Source of the DNA: Octopus vulgaris
Taxonomy: Eukaryota
DNA length: 64,000 nucleotides
Direction of reading: 5' to 3'
Assembly: GCA_951406725.2 (NCBI GenBank)
Contig: OX597818.1
Span: forward strand, 119,536,001-119,600,000
Positions 13,330 to 27,204 of the stretch are shown here, piece by piece; positions within the stretch are counted from its first letter, which is position 1, and every line of letters begins with the position of its first letter. The position numbers and the translations under genes were made by a program. The notes under the pieces are model-generated. The model was not told the origin of the DNA and made no database searches. It saw nothing but the letters and a program-made list of their open reading frames with translations.

Positions 13330-13580
13330 TATCACCAGCACCAGGCACCATTCCATATTACCAAAGATCCATACAATCAATATACAGGAGCTGACACAGC
13401 AACAGTTTGTGATTCAAAGAGCCGCAGTCCTTCAATATCCTGCTTAAAGATTAGAAAGACTTACACGAAGTGGAAGCAGATGTTTTCAAATCAGAACTGG
13501 ATCTCCTTCTCTCAAGATTCCCGGATGAACCAACTTTACGGCACGAGATGCAAACAAGAGCCACATCACCAAACTCGTGC
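13330..13580 (+). mobile_element. Old 3' fragment of the L2/CR1-group LINE
   Basis: Similar to about 5870-6110 (TTCAATATCCT...GATGTTTTCAAA...CTGGATCTCCTT...GATGAACCAACTT). Confidence 0.75.
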
Positions 13581-13630
<50 letters not shown>

Positions 13631-13975
13631 GCACTCCGTCGGTTACGACGAGGAGGGCCCCAAATGATGCGATCAACGGAATAGCTGGCTCGTGAATTGA
13701 GGGTGCAAGTGGCTGAGCACTCCACAGACACGTGTACCCATAACGTAATCCTGGGGGAGATTCAGTGTGGCACAGAGTATGACAAGACTGACCCTTTGAA
13801 ATACAGGTACAACTCATTTATGCCAGCTGAGTGGAGTGGAGCAGCATGATATAAGGTGTCTTGCTCAAGAACGTAACTCGTCGCCGGGAATCGAACGCAC
13901 GACCTTACCATCGTGAGTCGAATGCTCTAGCCACTAAACCACGAATGCTCTAGCCACTAAACCACGCACCTTCAC
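13631..13975 (-). mobile_element. SINE with head B (CORE-like) and tail X
   Basis: Head matches 44531-44863 and tail matches 9529/55087; contains a 23-bp tandem duplication GAATGCTCTAGCCACTAAACCAC. Confidence 0.8.
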
Positions 13976-14340
13976 ATTTGACGGGTTCGAAAAGCCATTT
14001 GACGGGTTCGAAAAGCCATATGCAACTAATCAACTACCATTAGAATAACATTAGAATAAAACTACGTAAATAAACTTAAATATATTTGAAGCTTTTAAAT
14101 GTGCGATCAACATTCTATAGAATTCTCAAGGTTGTTAGTAGTTTGCCAATGTTACCATTAATTATGATTACATTTATCGTACATCAAAGGTGCATTTGGC
14201 ACCAAACATTAGTCTCGTGGCTACATATAAATATATAAATTAAGTAAATATAATAAGAGGTGTTACATGCTCGGTAAGTTTGGCGAAAATTCATCGAACA
14301 CTTTTGCGTCCTATGGTTGTAAAATGTTTACAAGGAGAAG

Positions 14341-14345
<5 letters not shown>

Positions 14346-14388
<43 letters not shown>

Positions 14389-14494
14389 TATATATATGAA
14401 TATATATATATATATGCATATATATATGCATATATATATGAATATATATATATATGCATATATATATGCATATATATATGAATATATATATATA

Positions 14495-14574
<80 letters not shown>

Positions 14575-14657
14575 TAGATATATGTATATATATATACATA
14601 TATATATATATACATATAAATATACATATACTTATATGCATATACATATATATACTG

Positions 14658-14718
<61 letters not shown>

Positions 14719-14797
14719 GCATGGATGTATGTAAGTATACATACATATATGCTTTTGGCCAGTCGGTATATCCATAAATATAAACGCGTGTGTGTGT

Positions 14798-14841
<44 letters not shown>

Positions 14842-15226
14842 AAGGATAGTGAATCTGTGTGTGCATTTGTGTGTATTTAACTATGCTTTTACGTGTGTAT
14901 GTCTATATACAAATGCAATTATACAGGTATGTAACGAAATATATCTACACTTGTAACAGACAATATTTGTATACTTACTTATACTGGTTCATAAATCCCA
15001 TATCTATGAAGGAACGCACACACACATACACACACATATACATATATATGTATATATAAATATAATTAGATATGCATATATGATACGGACCTATGGATGG
15101 ATGTGTGTATATATATGTATATACATATATCTATATATACACTCATATAAACACATATGTACATATGTAATATAAAATATGTACCTGTTTTATATATATA
15201 CATACATATATATCTATATATATATT

Positions 15227-15276
<50 letters not shown>

Positions 15277-15286
15277 CATACATGTA

Positions 15287-15343
<57 letters not shown>

Positions 15344-15345
15344 AT
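14346..15345. repeat. Compound (TA)n/(TATG)n microsatellite field
   Basis: Direct reading; source of the poly-YI ORFs. Confidence 0.95.
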
Positions 15346-16138
15346 ATACATACTTTTTATACATGTGTGCATCTATACATACATATGTAAATGTTTACAC
15401 ATAGATATGTATGGGTATATGTATATACAAAACACACAGGCAGAGGCTACGGTTGATGGAGAGGGTCAGTTGTAGAGCGTGTGTAGGAAAGAACAAAATA
15501 GCGTTTGTGTGTTGGATTGTTTAAGTATCCGATTTGGTATTTGGGAATTCATGTCTGACGAAAACGAATTATGATAAAAGCAATGAAATGATTTATTATG
15601 TAAATAGGGAGTTCATTTCGGATTTTATGAAAATGAACTGCAGTACATATGGGGATATTTATAATTAATTTCCTAGATTTTTTCTCGAGCTGCTCCTGTT
15701 ATTACTACTATTACTACTAGAGATTAATACTCTAAAACTTAGTTATTCCACAAAATATATATCATGGGATATTGACAGGATCCAGTGCCATTGCTTCCAA
15801 CAAACAAAAGTATTTTATAGCCAAAACCTCATAAGATTTAAGAGAATAATTTGTATTTTTCACTACGTAGGAAAATTCTAATGTCTGTCTCATACTCGCT
15901 GCAGCGATAGAGCTCACGCAAATGGCTGTAGGAAGATTTCAGAGTTGAAGCGTTTGTTAAGGCGTATCTGCAACTCAATAGCTTCAAACCACTGACTGTA
16001 TGCAGATTGGTAGATCTATGGATTCAATGCATTGCAGAATCTACTAGCAGAAGCCACAGACGCCCAAAAGTGTAGGATGCTTGACAAACAACACGCCTGC
16101 TTTTATAGGCGAAACTGAAATCAGCTCGACAAAAGACA

Positions 16139-16194
<56 letters not shown>

Positions 16195-16486
16195 CGTATC
16201 TGCTCTCTATTAAATAAATGTCAATATACATACCTAAATTGAAAGATCATTATTTTAACCGTTACGACTGTATGAGCTTCCGTCAACTAATTATATTAGT
16301 TGTACGTAGGGTAGAAAATACAATGACAAGATTTGAAACCGCAATAACGTTGATATTTGTGTGTCTCAGCCATTTTTTTTTATACGAGAAAATCAATACC
16401 AATTCCTATTTTATGAGGCACTTCCCTTCAGATTTAGAAGGAAAGAAAAATGTGTGTTATGCACACTACTGATATAGGATAATAAA

Positions 16487-16716
16487 AGGCGGCGAGCTAG
16501 CAGAAACGTTAGCACGCCGGGCGAAATGCGTAGACGTATTTCGTCTGCCGTTACGGTCTGTGTTCAAATTCCGCCGAGGTCGACTTTGCCTTTCATCTTT
16601 TTGGGGTCGATGAATTAAGTACCAGTTACGCACTGAAGTTGATATAATCGATTTAATTCGCTTGTCTGTCCTTGTTTGTCCCCTCTATGTTTAGCCCCTT
16701 GTGGGTAGTAAAGAAA
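16487..16716 (+). mobile_element. SINE family B (MetaSINE-like core)
   Basis: AGGCGGCGAGCTAGCAGAAACGTTAGCACGCCG...GTTCAAATTCC...GTCGACTTTGCCTTTCATC...GGGGTCGAT...AAGTACCAG. Confidence 0.85.
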
Positions 16717-18655
16717 CATATAAGACGATAATGTTAACTTTTCATGGCTTATTTTTCTACGTTTTAATAGATTTTGACTTTTATCAGCTATGATCGGCCA
16801 AACATATAAACAGGGCTATCTCTTGTTTAGCTAGGGCTTGATAGTTCTTTATATCCTGCTTTTTATAAATAACCAGAATGGTTTAGATTGAGAGAGATTT
16901 AGCAACTATTTTTTACAGCTTTAGCGATCCCGTAGAGGATCCATCATTTGTTCGTGACTTCTATGTTGCTTTTGTTTTTAGTTAAACTATGTTATATTCG
17001 CACCAACTCGATATATACATTCATAAATATTCCAGCCTTGGTAATCCTGTCATTTTGAGGCTTATGAGACTTCATTATATGATGTGTCCTCTCCACATTA
17101 GCAGTATGTTTTGAAAGATATTATCTGCTATTTATTGCAGATTCAGCGACTACGAATAGACTCCATCAGTAGCATTATGGCATGATGCGTCTTGATTTGC
17201 TATTTTGTTTTTCCTTTAATGTTTTTTTGTTCAAGAGAAGATGTACGACGTCCGTCATTCTTTTCACGGCCTTCGAGGCTAGCGTGAGCAAGTTAACTTC
17301 TGACATTAGATTTGAGCGAATGCTTCCACTAGAAAAGACCACGTTAGATACACAAAATGACCAGAGAAGTCGAAAACAGATGTTGCGACATTCGTTATTT
17401 TCCTTTTTGACACAAATGCATTAACTAGCAGAGATTGCCTCAGTCAAAACTGACTGATAACATGACTTCTTGGTATATATGACTTGGTTCGTTATCTGCG
17501 GTAAGAAGAGTAAATATTGGAGAAACAATATTTACAACCACACGTCATTCTTGTTATTTACATAAAAATGAGTCCTGATTGACCAAACACAATCAAGCTG
17601 TGGCCATTCTGTGTTTTATTCAAATATTGTGTAAATAATCTACATTATCTAATACGTCATTTATTTCTGAAACAACAGAGTATGAAGAAACTTTAGCGTG
17701 TGTTTTTAAGAGGACCAGTAACAACGTAATATACTTCTCTAGTTCGTAAAAGAAAAGTTAGTGAATCGTAATTTCTATTTCCCCTTCAAATTACATTATG
17801 AACTACTGGAGTGCAAAATAGCTTGCAGTAGGTTTTTAACGAAAATAGTTAATCGCAGTGTTAACAAGATGGCCTTTTCAGTAAAGATGGCTTACCTGCC
17901 TTAACAAACTTGACGCATTCAATTATATTGGAGAAAATAGAGTCTAACTTATCACTAAACATTTCCACGTTTTCATTGCCAATATTGCTTCAAGTAAAAT
18001 TAGATAATTTGTTGCAATATAGGTATAATGAAACGTATCTTCTAGTTGCCTGTCGATAGTCATTCTGCTTTCAGATCATTTCGAGATCATAATATAAATG
18101 CAGACCCCTTTTATGAGAGGTTTATGACTGTACAAATACGGCGCTGCGGGCTTACTTTCGTTAAATTGGGTAGAATATGAACGAATAAAAATTATATGTT
18201 TTTGCGATAGTTTTATGAAACGTTATATTTTCTGGTTAATTTCGCACAAAAATAATGAAGCTAGATCTGATTCACCATTTTTTTATATTCTTTGGTTTTT
18301 TTTGTTTGTTTTTTTTAGTCTTCCTTTTTTGTCATTCCAAGGATCTTACTTTCCAAAATTGTGCTGCAGAACCTATAAAACCTTTCAAGTGTAGGATTCA
18401 GCGATCTAATCCAAATGTAACAGCCATGTTTTTTACGCAAGGCTTCAAAGAGATAATGAGGGTGTGAGTCTCTATAAACAGTAATTCCAGCGGTGACCAC
18501 CCCGATTTTTTTTATCGTACAGAATGTAACAAAAACGTATTTTTAAGCGTGGATATAGTAATGTGTAATTTGAGGGAAAATTGCCTGGTATTTCTAATAT
18601 TATACAAGCTTACACACATAATGAATGTCTATATGAATATACCCTGTGTTACAGA

Positions 18656-18704
<49 letters not shown>

Positions 18705-18709
<5 letters not shown>

Positions 18710-18875
18710 GGAGTAAACACATTAATGTGAAACAAGGTGGAAAAAAGAGTACTCAAATACCAGTGGTAGAGTAATATGCTTTATTCTAGCAAAAACTGTC
18801 CGATGAACGGCAACGGGAAACTCAGAGTAACAGGTTTTGTTGAATTTTTTGCTGCTTTAAATAAAGTATATATAT
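18705..18875 (+). mobile_element. Short Penelope-like element in (TA)n carrying a hammerhead-like motif
   Basis: TA runs on both sides; motif at 18796-18833; ATATGCTTTATT / AATAAAGTATAT inverted junction. Confidence 0.6.
18796..18833 (+). ncRNA. Minimal type-I hammerhead ribozyme variant
   Basis: CTGT-CCGATGA-acggcaacgg-GAAA-ctcagag-TA-ACAG: stem I CTGT/ACAG, stem III ACTC/GAGT, GUA site; C4 core variant and poor stem II. Confidence 0.55.
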
Positions 18876-18883
18876 ATATATAC

Positions 18884-19116
18884 TCTTTTATTTGTTTCAA
18901 TAATTTGACTGCGGCCATGCTGGAGCACCGCCTTGAAGGTTTTTTAGTCGAACAAATCGACCCCAAGACTTATTTTTTAACCCCAGTACATATTCCGTTG
19001 ATATCTTTTGCCGAATCGCTAACTTACGAAGACTTAAATACGCTACCACTGGTTGTCAAGCAGTGATCGGGGAACAAACATGGACCACAAAAACAAACAC
19101 GCACACACATGCACAG

Positions 19117-19196
<80 letters not shown>

Positions 19197-19732
19197 GAGG
19201 GGCATATGAAAGGTTTTGAGTCTTGAACTCTTGTACTCTGTTTTGTTTTTTTTAGTCTGAAGGCCTTTCATAATCCCCTCGTGTGTATACCACACCCTTG
19301 CTTTCCCCACTCTCGTCTCCCCACCTCCCAACACTATCACACCACACATCACTACACCATGCACTACCATACCACACAACACATCACATAACACACCACC
19401 ACGCACACACCAGCACTGATCACTTCACAGACCAACATTTTCATACCTACACATAAATACACGCACACGTCAAGATCACCAGCCCTCTTCCACACACACA
19501 TACAAACTTTCTTATACACACGCACGCGCACCTTCGTTTTGGGATCACCACTATTTTATTATCTCCCCTTCTCCCTAGCTCTCCTGTGTAGCCCTTCTGT
19601 CCGGCCTTCACCATGATAGATCGCTAGCCACTACACATTCTTTATTTTCTCTCCTTGTTTCTTTCTGTGTTTCTTTCTGTTTGTTGTCTACACCACCTGT
19701 CTTCGTCTTTTGTTGTTTTTTTGTGATTTTCC

Positions 19733-19769
<37 letters not shown>

Positions 19770-19865
19770 TACGACGGGCTTCTTTCAGTTTCTGTCTACC
19801 AAATACACTGAGAAGGCTTCGGTCAGTCCGAGGCTATAGTAGAAGATTCTTACTTAATGTGCCAC
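18884..19865 (-). mobile_element. SINE A split at its internal microsatellite by an insertion at about 19195-19740
   Basis: 3' half at 18884-19190 and core half at 19770-19865; the insert resembles 35590-35855 in the opposite orientation. Confidence 0.7.
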
Positions 19866-20101
19866 AGTCTGTCGATCCTGCCAAACAACACACTCTTTTG
19901 GATAAATAATTGTCCCTAGGAGAAGCATAATGTGAGGATTACTTGAGGGAAGGATGAAGTCCGTTAAGCAAATTCCGAATATCCGGTTGACACTTATTTT
20001 ATCGACAACAGATTTCGACAATGTTGAGTCTGCCGGGATTCGAACGAAGGAGAAGGTAAAGGGACATAACTTAATGCCTTTCAATATTTTATCCTGCGTG
20101 C

Positions 20102-20485
20102 AGGCGGCGAGCTGGCAGAAACGTTAGCACGCCGGGCGAAATGCGTAGCCGTATTTTGTCTATCGTTACGTTCTGAGTTCAAATTCCGCCGAGGTCGACT
20201 TTGCCTTTCATCCTTTCGGGGTCGATAAATTAAGTACCAGTTATGCACTGGGGTCGATATAATCGACTTAATCCGTTTGTCTGTCCTTGTTTGTCCTCTC
20301 TGTGTTTAACCCCATATGGGTAGTAAAGAAATAGAAATAGGTATTCCGTCTGTCTTTACGTTCTGAATTCAAATTCTGCCGAGGTCTACTTTACTTTTCA
20401 TCCTTTCAGACTTTCAGACTCGATGTAATCGACTTATCCTCTTCCCTGAAATTGCTGGCTTTGTATCAAAATTTGAAATCAATAT
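20102..20485 (+). mobile_element. SINE B (Meta core), followed by or nested in a second older copy
   Basis: Core TTTCATCCTTTCGGGGTCGATAAATTAAGTACCAG; core repeated at 20340-20430. Confidence 0.85.
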
Positions 20486-20676
20486 TTTATTCTACATTAT
20501 TCAGAGTCTGTCACACTATTACCTTCTAGTCAGTAATTTTTAGTGGAGGACGTTAGCCAACACCACATACTTCAGCAGTTGAAAAGTATTATACTTTCTC
20601 GACACTGAAAAGTCGAACATGACAGGATTTGAACTCAAAGTGTAAAGGGACGAAAGAAATATTGAAAGTCATTTTT

Positions 20677-20823
20677 TGGCGAGTGGTTAAGAGCGCAGGC
20701 TACTAACCCCGGTATTCCGAGTTCGATTCCAAGCAGTGACCTGAATAATAATAATAATAATAACAATAATATAATAATAATAATAACAATAATAATAATA
20801 ACATCGAAAAATACCTTAGGAAT
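20677..20823 (+). mobile_element. tRNA-headed element D (truncated sister of 52341-52652)
   Basis: TGGCGAGTGGTTAAGAGCGC...GAGTTCGATTCC (A and B boxes), GCAGTGACCTGAA, (AAT)n, ACATCGAAAAATACCTTAGGAAT. Confidence 0.8.
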
Positions 20824-21258
20824 ATCTTAGATTTATATATATAAATAAATATTTAGTTAAATATATTCAATAAGAATGTTATATACTGAATTTATATTGA
20901 GTGCTCTATTGTATCAAAGTATTAATACTATTAAATTATTTAGATATTTAATACGAGCGATTATATACATATATATTTTTTAATAATATACAATTATTAA
21001 TATTAGGAAATCAGTATCAGAAAACTTCTAAGAAAGATATACACGTGTGAAAAAGAATTGTGTTAAAACATCGATATATAAAAACTATAAGCATAACAAT
21101 AACAACAAGCAAGACTTTTCAAAACTCAACAAATAACCCGTAAGGTCTACCGTTCGTATTTATCCAAATTTCGGCGCTGGACACCAGTTCTTTCTGTCTA
21201 GGAAGAATTCAAATAATTATGACATTGTATATACATGCACACATACAAACACACAGAT

Positions 21259-21346
<88 letters not shown>

Positions 21347-21423
21347 ACACTATAGGCCACTGGTGGTGATATTTCTAAAGAATATTCACTACCCTATATA
21401 TGTATATATACATATATACATAC

Positions 21424-21546
<123 letters not shown>

Positions 21547-21547
21547 A

Positions 21548-21750
21548 TATATTAAATTAGAGATAAAACCACTATTAGGCAAATCAAACAGTGAAAAACA
21601 TAAGCCAATACATAAAATTGATTTAAAATATAAAAGTTAAAAATAAAAAATTATTTAAATAATTTAAACTTATAAATTTTATATATATATATACAAATAT
21701 ATATATATGTATGTATGTATATTTTTATATTTATATATTATTTTATTAAT

Positions 21751-21781
<31 letters not shown>

Positions 21782-23330
21782 TTAATATATATCAAAAGTA
21801 TTAAAAGTTTAATAAAAGATAGAGTAAAACACTACGATCGTTTCATGGCTGTACCAATTCGAATAACAATAATTTAAATTCAATTAATAATTCGAGTTAT
21901 GGTTACGGTCAATCTTCAGGTTAATTGAAATATTTTTAAAATAATCAGAAATATTTAAACAATATTTTTAAGATATAAATAATATAATAATTTTACTTAT
22001 AATAAACTCTATTATCAAACTAGAAACTTAAAACTTAACAATTATGATTATATCAAAATCAATTATAATGTTAAATATTAATTTTAATTTATAAGGTAGG
22101 AAACCCACCAATAATTTAATATCGGTAATAGTCTATATCTAATTACATAAATATTTTCTTTTAAAAATAACTATTATATATAAATTATCAATGAAAATAT
22201 ATAAATGTATATAAATATTATAATTAAGATCTAAAATAATCTCTATAAATAAATATATATGCAGATATAATAAAAACCTAATAAATTAATTTTTCATATT
22301 TAAAGATGAAATAGCTAATTTCAAAAATACAAACAAACAAACTTAAACAAACTTTCGGAAATCTTATGTAAAATACTTATAGAAATAATCAATTCGTAGT
22401 TATATAGTATCGAATAAATACTATAAATACTATGAATATAATTATCAATGGGAATAAGTAGCGAATATCAATTTTAAAAGACAATAACTAAGTTATGCTA
22501 TTAAGTTAGACATGGCCTGGACCAATCTTTAGTCGAAACATATCTAAGTTTATCAAAGTTTATCTAATTTTAATTATAAGAAATTTAAAACTACAATTAA
22601 TGCTATTTATACATGTATATACAAAAGCCTAACTTTAGACACCTCGTATATTTGCTATCAAACATAAATCTATCGCTAAGTAGTATCTTACGAATAAACT
22701 TAAATTTAATATCTAATAATATAGAAAATTACGATAATTAGATCATTACATAAGCAACAATATTTACATAAGGAAAATATTATTACACCAAAGATTTATA
22801 AAATATTAAAATTTACAATTTAAAGATCTTAAATATAAATAAATACTTATCTTAGCGAGGTTTTGTAATGAACTAAAATTTTGAATCGGAAAACGTCTTT
22901 ACAGCGTTTATAAGAATACTCGTGGAATTACGTTATTAGCAAAGAAAGAATAAATTGTTGAGGAATTCATTAAGCGTGAGGAACAAATACGCTTTATCGA
23001 TGAAGATTAATGGTTTATCAGTTTAAATAGGATGAAGTCACAAATAAAGAATAAAATCACTTTATACTATAAGATTTATTAATAAAATAACTATGATAAA
23101 TAATACTTAATACAAAATAAATTAAATAATTTAAATGATTAAAAACCACTAATTATTAAATATTTTCTAAAAATCTTATATGATTAATAAATATATAAAA
23201 AAGATTTTTATAGTAACCCCTCATCATACTATAAAGTCTTTCCCCATGCTCTTATAATTATAAGCTAAAATTAGTGATCATAACCAAAATCTCTAGAATA
23301 CTTATCAAAATTTGCAGTATAACTATACAT
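21548..23330 (-). mobile_element. About 1.8-kb extremely AT-rich Penelope-like non-coding element between microsatellites
   Basis: Terminus shared with the 9126 element; hammerhead-like motif at 21830-21922; no ORF recognised; right boundary approximate. Confidence 0.55.
21830..21922 (-). ncRNA. Degenerate minimal hammerhead with extended stem II
   Basis: Minus strand: CTGAAGA - long hairpin (TGACCGTAACCA/TGGTACAGCCA, TCGAAT/ATTCGA) - GAAA-CGATCG-TA; palindromic ACGATCGT; stem I only about 2 bp. Confidence 0.5.
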
Positions 23331-23493
23331 ACGTATACATATATACATAAATATACATACATATTTATATATACATATATATATACACATACATACACAC
23401 AAACATACATATACATATATACACACATATATACACACACATACACACATACACATATGCACACACATACATACATACATATATATATGTATA

Positions 23494-23536
<43 letters not shown>

Positions 23537-24508
23537 TATGTATGCTTGTATGTACATTGTAGATCCTTTGCAGAAATTTTCTACTTCATATTCAATTACT
23601 GTCATGCTATGTTTTTCGTGTTAATTTTTCACTAATATATTTATATTACAGATTTGGTTGTTTTTCCTTTATATTTGTTGCCGCTGATTTTGTAGCAAGT
23701 TATACTTATTTTTATCCTTGTTGTTATTGATGATAGCTTTTTGTGCTTCTTGTCTTTCTTTCCTTTATTCTTCTATTTTGTTCTCTAGTCATCTTAATGT
23801 CTTTAACAGCGCCGTTCCAACGGAAATATAGTTTTAAATGTTTACAGATAAAACATGCTTGGCTAAGCTTTTTCGTTTTAAAATTAATTTTACTCCCCTT
23901 TTAATGGCCAATTACTTCATAGATAAGAGGAGAACTATTGAATTACGTTCTACTTATATGTCTGGAAGTTATTTGAGTAAATTAAATTACAAAACGTGTG
24001 TCTTCTGGGAGATTTTCACTAAAGTCAGGGAGCGACAATGTATAAAAATCGAACACATACAGACAACACTTGTAGACAGAGCCAAAATTTTGTCGATTCA
24101 ATCAAAAGTATTACATATTTAAATTCAATTTTCTTCATTATTATTCATTACTGTAAATAGCTGTCGATGGCAAAATCAGTGTTGAGGCGGGCAAAGTGTC
24201 TTGTAATATTTATTTACAGAATATACATAGTGAATTCAAATCCCATCGAGATTGACTTGGCTTTTGCCCTTTCGGGGTCGTTGAAATGATGTAATTCATT
24301 TATTTGTCAAATACTGCGACCAATGCAATCTACTTTTTGCTCATTCGAAGTATGAGAAACTAAGTACGTATTAAAAATTATTATTCAATGAGAGAAAATG
24401 AAGTGGGTAGTATAATCAGATCAGCGACTGATTAAGTGCTTTGCTTAGTCAGACACTACACTTGACGTTCTGAATTAGCATCCTGCCGATGTCGAAAATT
24501 AAATTCTA

Positions 24509-25066
24509 TTGGGTTGTCCGGAAAATTCGTGCCGATTTATAGTAGCTTACCTTTTGACTTATTTTAGAACATCGTTGTGTCCATAAAATAGGATTTGACT
24601 ACACCTCCATGTAGAGCACAGTTTAAGTTATCTTTTCGTGGAAGAAGGTTTATGTTCCGTGTTAATTTTGTAACCCTTTAAAATGGAAGATATGAAAGTT
24701 CATTTTCGGCACTTGATGCTTTGGGAACCAGAAAAAGATTGCTGCAGCTCGGCTGGGATGTGTTACCCCACTCTCCATATTCACCAGATATTGCTCCTTC
24801 GGATTTCCACTTATTCAGGTCTCTGCAGAATTGTCTTAATGGTAAACATTTCAATTCCTTGGATGACGTCAAAAGATACCTTGATGAATTCTTTGCCATG
24901 AAACCACCTCAGTCCTGGGAAGAGGGTATTTTCAAGTTAAAGGAAAGATGGAGACGCATTGTGCAACAAAATGGTTCATATTTGGTTGATTAAAAATGTA
25001 ATGACAAATATTTATTTACCTTTTTCTTTCCTTTAAAGATCGTCACGAACTTTCTGGACAACCCAA
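24509..25066 (+). mobile_element. Internally deleted mariner (DD34D) with both TIRs and TA duplications
   Basis: TIRs TTGGGTTGTCCGGAAAATTCGTGCCGAT / ATCGTCACGAACTTTCTGGACAACCCAA; N-terminal MEDMKVHFRHLML joined to LGWDVLPHSPYSPDIAPSDFHLFRSLQ. Confidence 0.95.
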
Positions 25067-25304
25067 TATTTATATACTGCAGTCTATTTAAACAACTTTG
25101 CTCTCCTCCAATAGCTTATGACCTTATGTCTGTATCAAGGATCGTTATTAATCCCTACGATATTATTTTCCCCTTGACCCTTAACTCCTTAGGGAGTCAA
25201 TCGCAGAGGAGTTCTCGTATCAGAGAGTGCGTGTATTGAGCATTTCTTTTCATGTTTGAGTAGCATGTGAAAAATAATTTTTCGTATACCCTATTGGTGG
25301 GATA

Positions 25305-25588
25305 TGTGGAGGCATTATCGCGGTTTCGATTCCCAGATCGGGTGTTATGTGTGTTTATTGAGCGATAACATCTAAAGCTCCACGAGACTCCGGCAGGGGG
25401 GTGGCGACACGTGTTGTACTCCTTCGACCCAACTTTCTCTCACTCTTTCCTCCTGCTTCTTGAGTAACGCTGCGATGGACTGGCGTCCCGCCCAGCTGGG
25501 GGGTACACATATGCCATAGAAACCGAGAAACCGGGAAACCGGGCCCATGACCCTGGCAAGACTTGAAAAGGGCGCATAAATAAATAAA
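25305..25588 (+). mobile_element. SINE C head (partly deleted) with tail Y
   Basis: GGTTTCGATTCCCAG...AAAGCTCCACGAG...CTGCGATGGACTGGCGTCCCG...GAAACCGGGCCCATGA and (TAAA)n end. Confidence 0.8.
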
Positions 25589-26205
25589 TTGGTGGGATAT
25601 AATACTTCTAAAAGAAACAAATCTGTGAATCTGCGGCTCTGCATTTAATTAGATCCCAGCTTAGCATGCACCTCAGTCAATGTGCCTCAAAGTATCTTGA
25701 TTCAACGCACCTTCGGTTCGAGAGTGCAATCCTAAAACCAACCGGTCTGTGTAGCGGAAGCATGAGTAACAATTTTAAACCACTACTGTAGGAGAGTTGA
25801 TGCATCAGATTGCATTTAGAAATGTTATATCGGTTATCTGCTTAGGCTTTCTCATGCCTACCTCCAGTTGCATGCGTTCTTGCGAGTATCCATTGCGTCT
25901 GTGAACCAGGTATGATTACAAAACGGGTAGCAGAGACAGATATAGACAACATACATGCTAAATGGAAGTTATGTTTTCTAATTCAGAGTTCATCCATCTT
26001 TGTCATCAGTAACAGTTTAATACGTTGGGAATTGACTAATACGAGTTTTCAAAGGTTGTTAAAGGAATCTCGGTTCATTCTTGAAGTAAATCAATTTAAA
26101 ATTTCAAAATGCACCATAAATGTTCGATTGTAAGATCCGCATATTTTGAGGGACACTTTGTGATTATCATTACAGATTTGAATAGCCGTGAGAATCAGAA
26201 ATATG

Positions 26206-26273
<68 letters not shown>

Positions 26274-26301
26274 TATGTACATATACATATAGATTGATAG
26301 A

Positions 26302-26483
26302 TAGATAGGTTTAAGAGACAGAATCACCCCCCAAGCATCCAATAATGATTGAGTTGCTTGAGGGTGATGATTCTGTCTCTTAAACCTATCTACAAATATG
26401 TATATAACAGAGTGAATAATTCATTTTAGTACCACTAAATTGAACTTTTCTCCCCTGTGGACTCGGAAATAACTTCCCTAATA

Positions 26484-26486
<3 letters not shown>
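26302..26486. mobile_element. Penelope-like terminal fragment with inverted duplication, in (TA)n
   Basis: TAGATAGGTTTAAGAGACAGAATCA...CAAGCA pairs with TGCTTG...TGATTCTGTCTCTTAAACCTATCTA; tail ends TTCCCTAATATT like the 9126 element. Confidence 0.6.
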
Positions 26487-26750
<264 letters not shown>

Positions 26751-27028
26751 TTTATAAATATGTACATTTACATAAAGATATATAGATATATATTTCGTTT
26801 TTGTATTTGGTTTGCAAGATTCTTTTATGCGAATTCATGTGCCTTATTATTTAACACAATCACCAGTTCGGTTTCCCATCATTTACTTTGCTAGAATTTT
26901 CACTGAAAAGGTTGCAAGACACAACGTAAATTTTTGAAAAAATAGATGAATAAGTGGAAATTTAACCGGTGAGTGTGCTAAATAAAAAGGCACTAAAAGA
27001 GAATGATTCTCCTCAGACACAATATAAG

Positions 27029-27094
<66 letters not shown>

Positions 27095-27204
27095 TTGTAT
27101 GTATGTTTGTATGTTTGTATGTATGTATAATATTCATGTATACACACATGTACATGCTTATGTATGTGTATTCATTTTCATATATACATTCGAGAGTGAA
27201 AGAG

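Noticed and set aside
20677-20735. Functional tRNA gene (also the SINE heads elsewhere)
   Set aside because: No complete acceptor stem; the sequence continues into repeat bodies.
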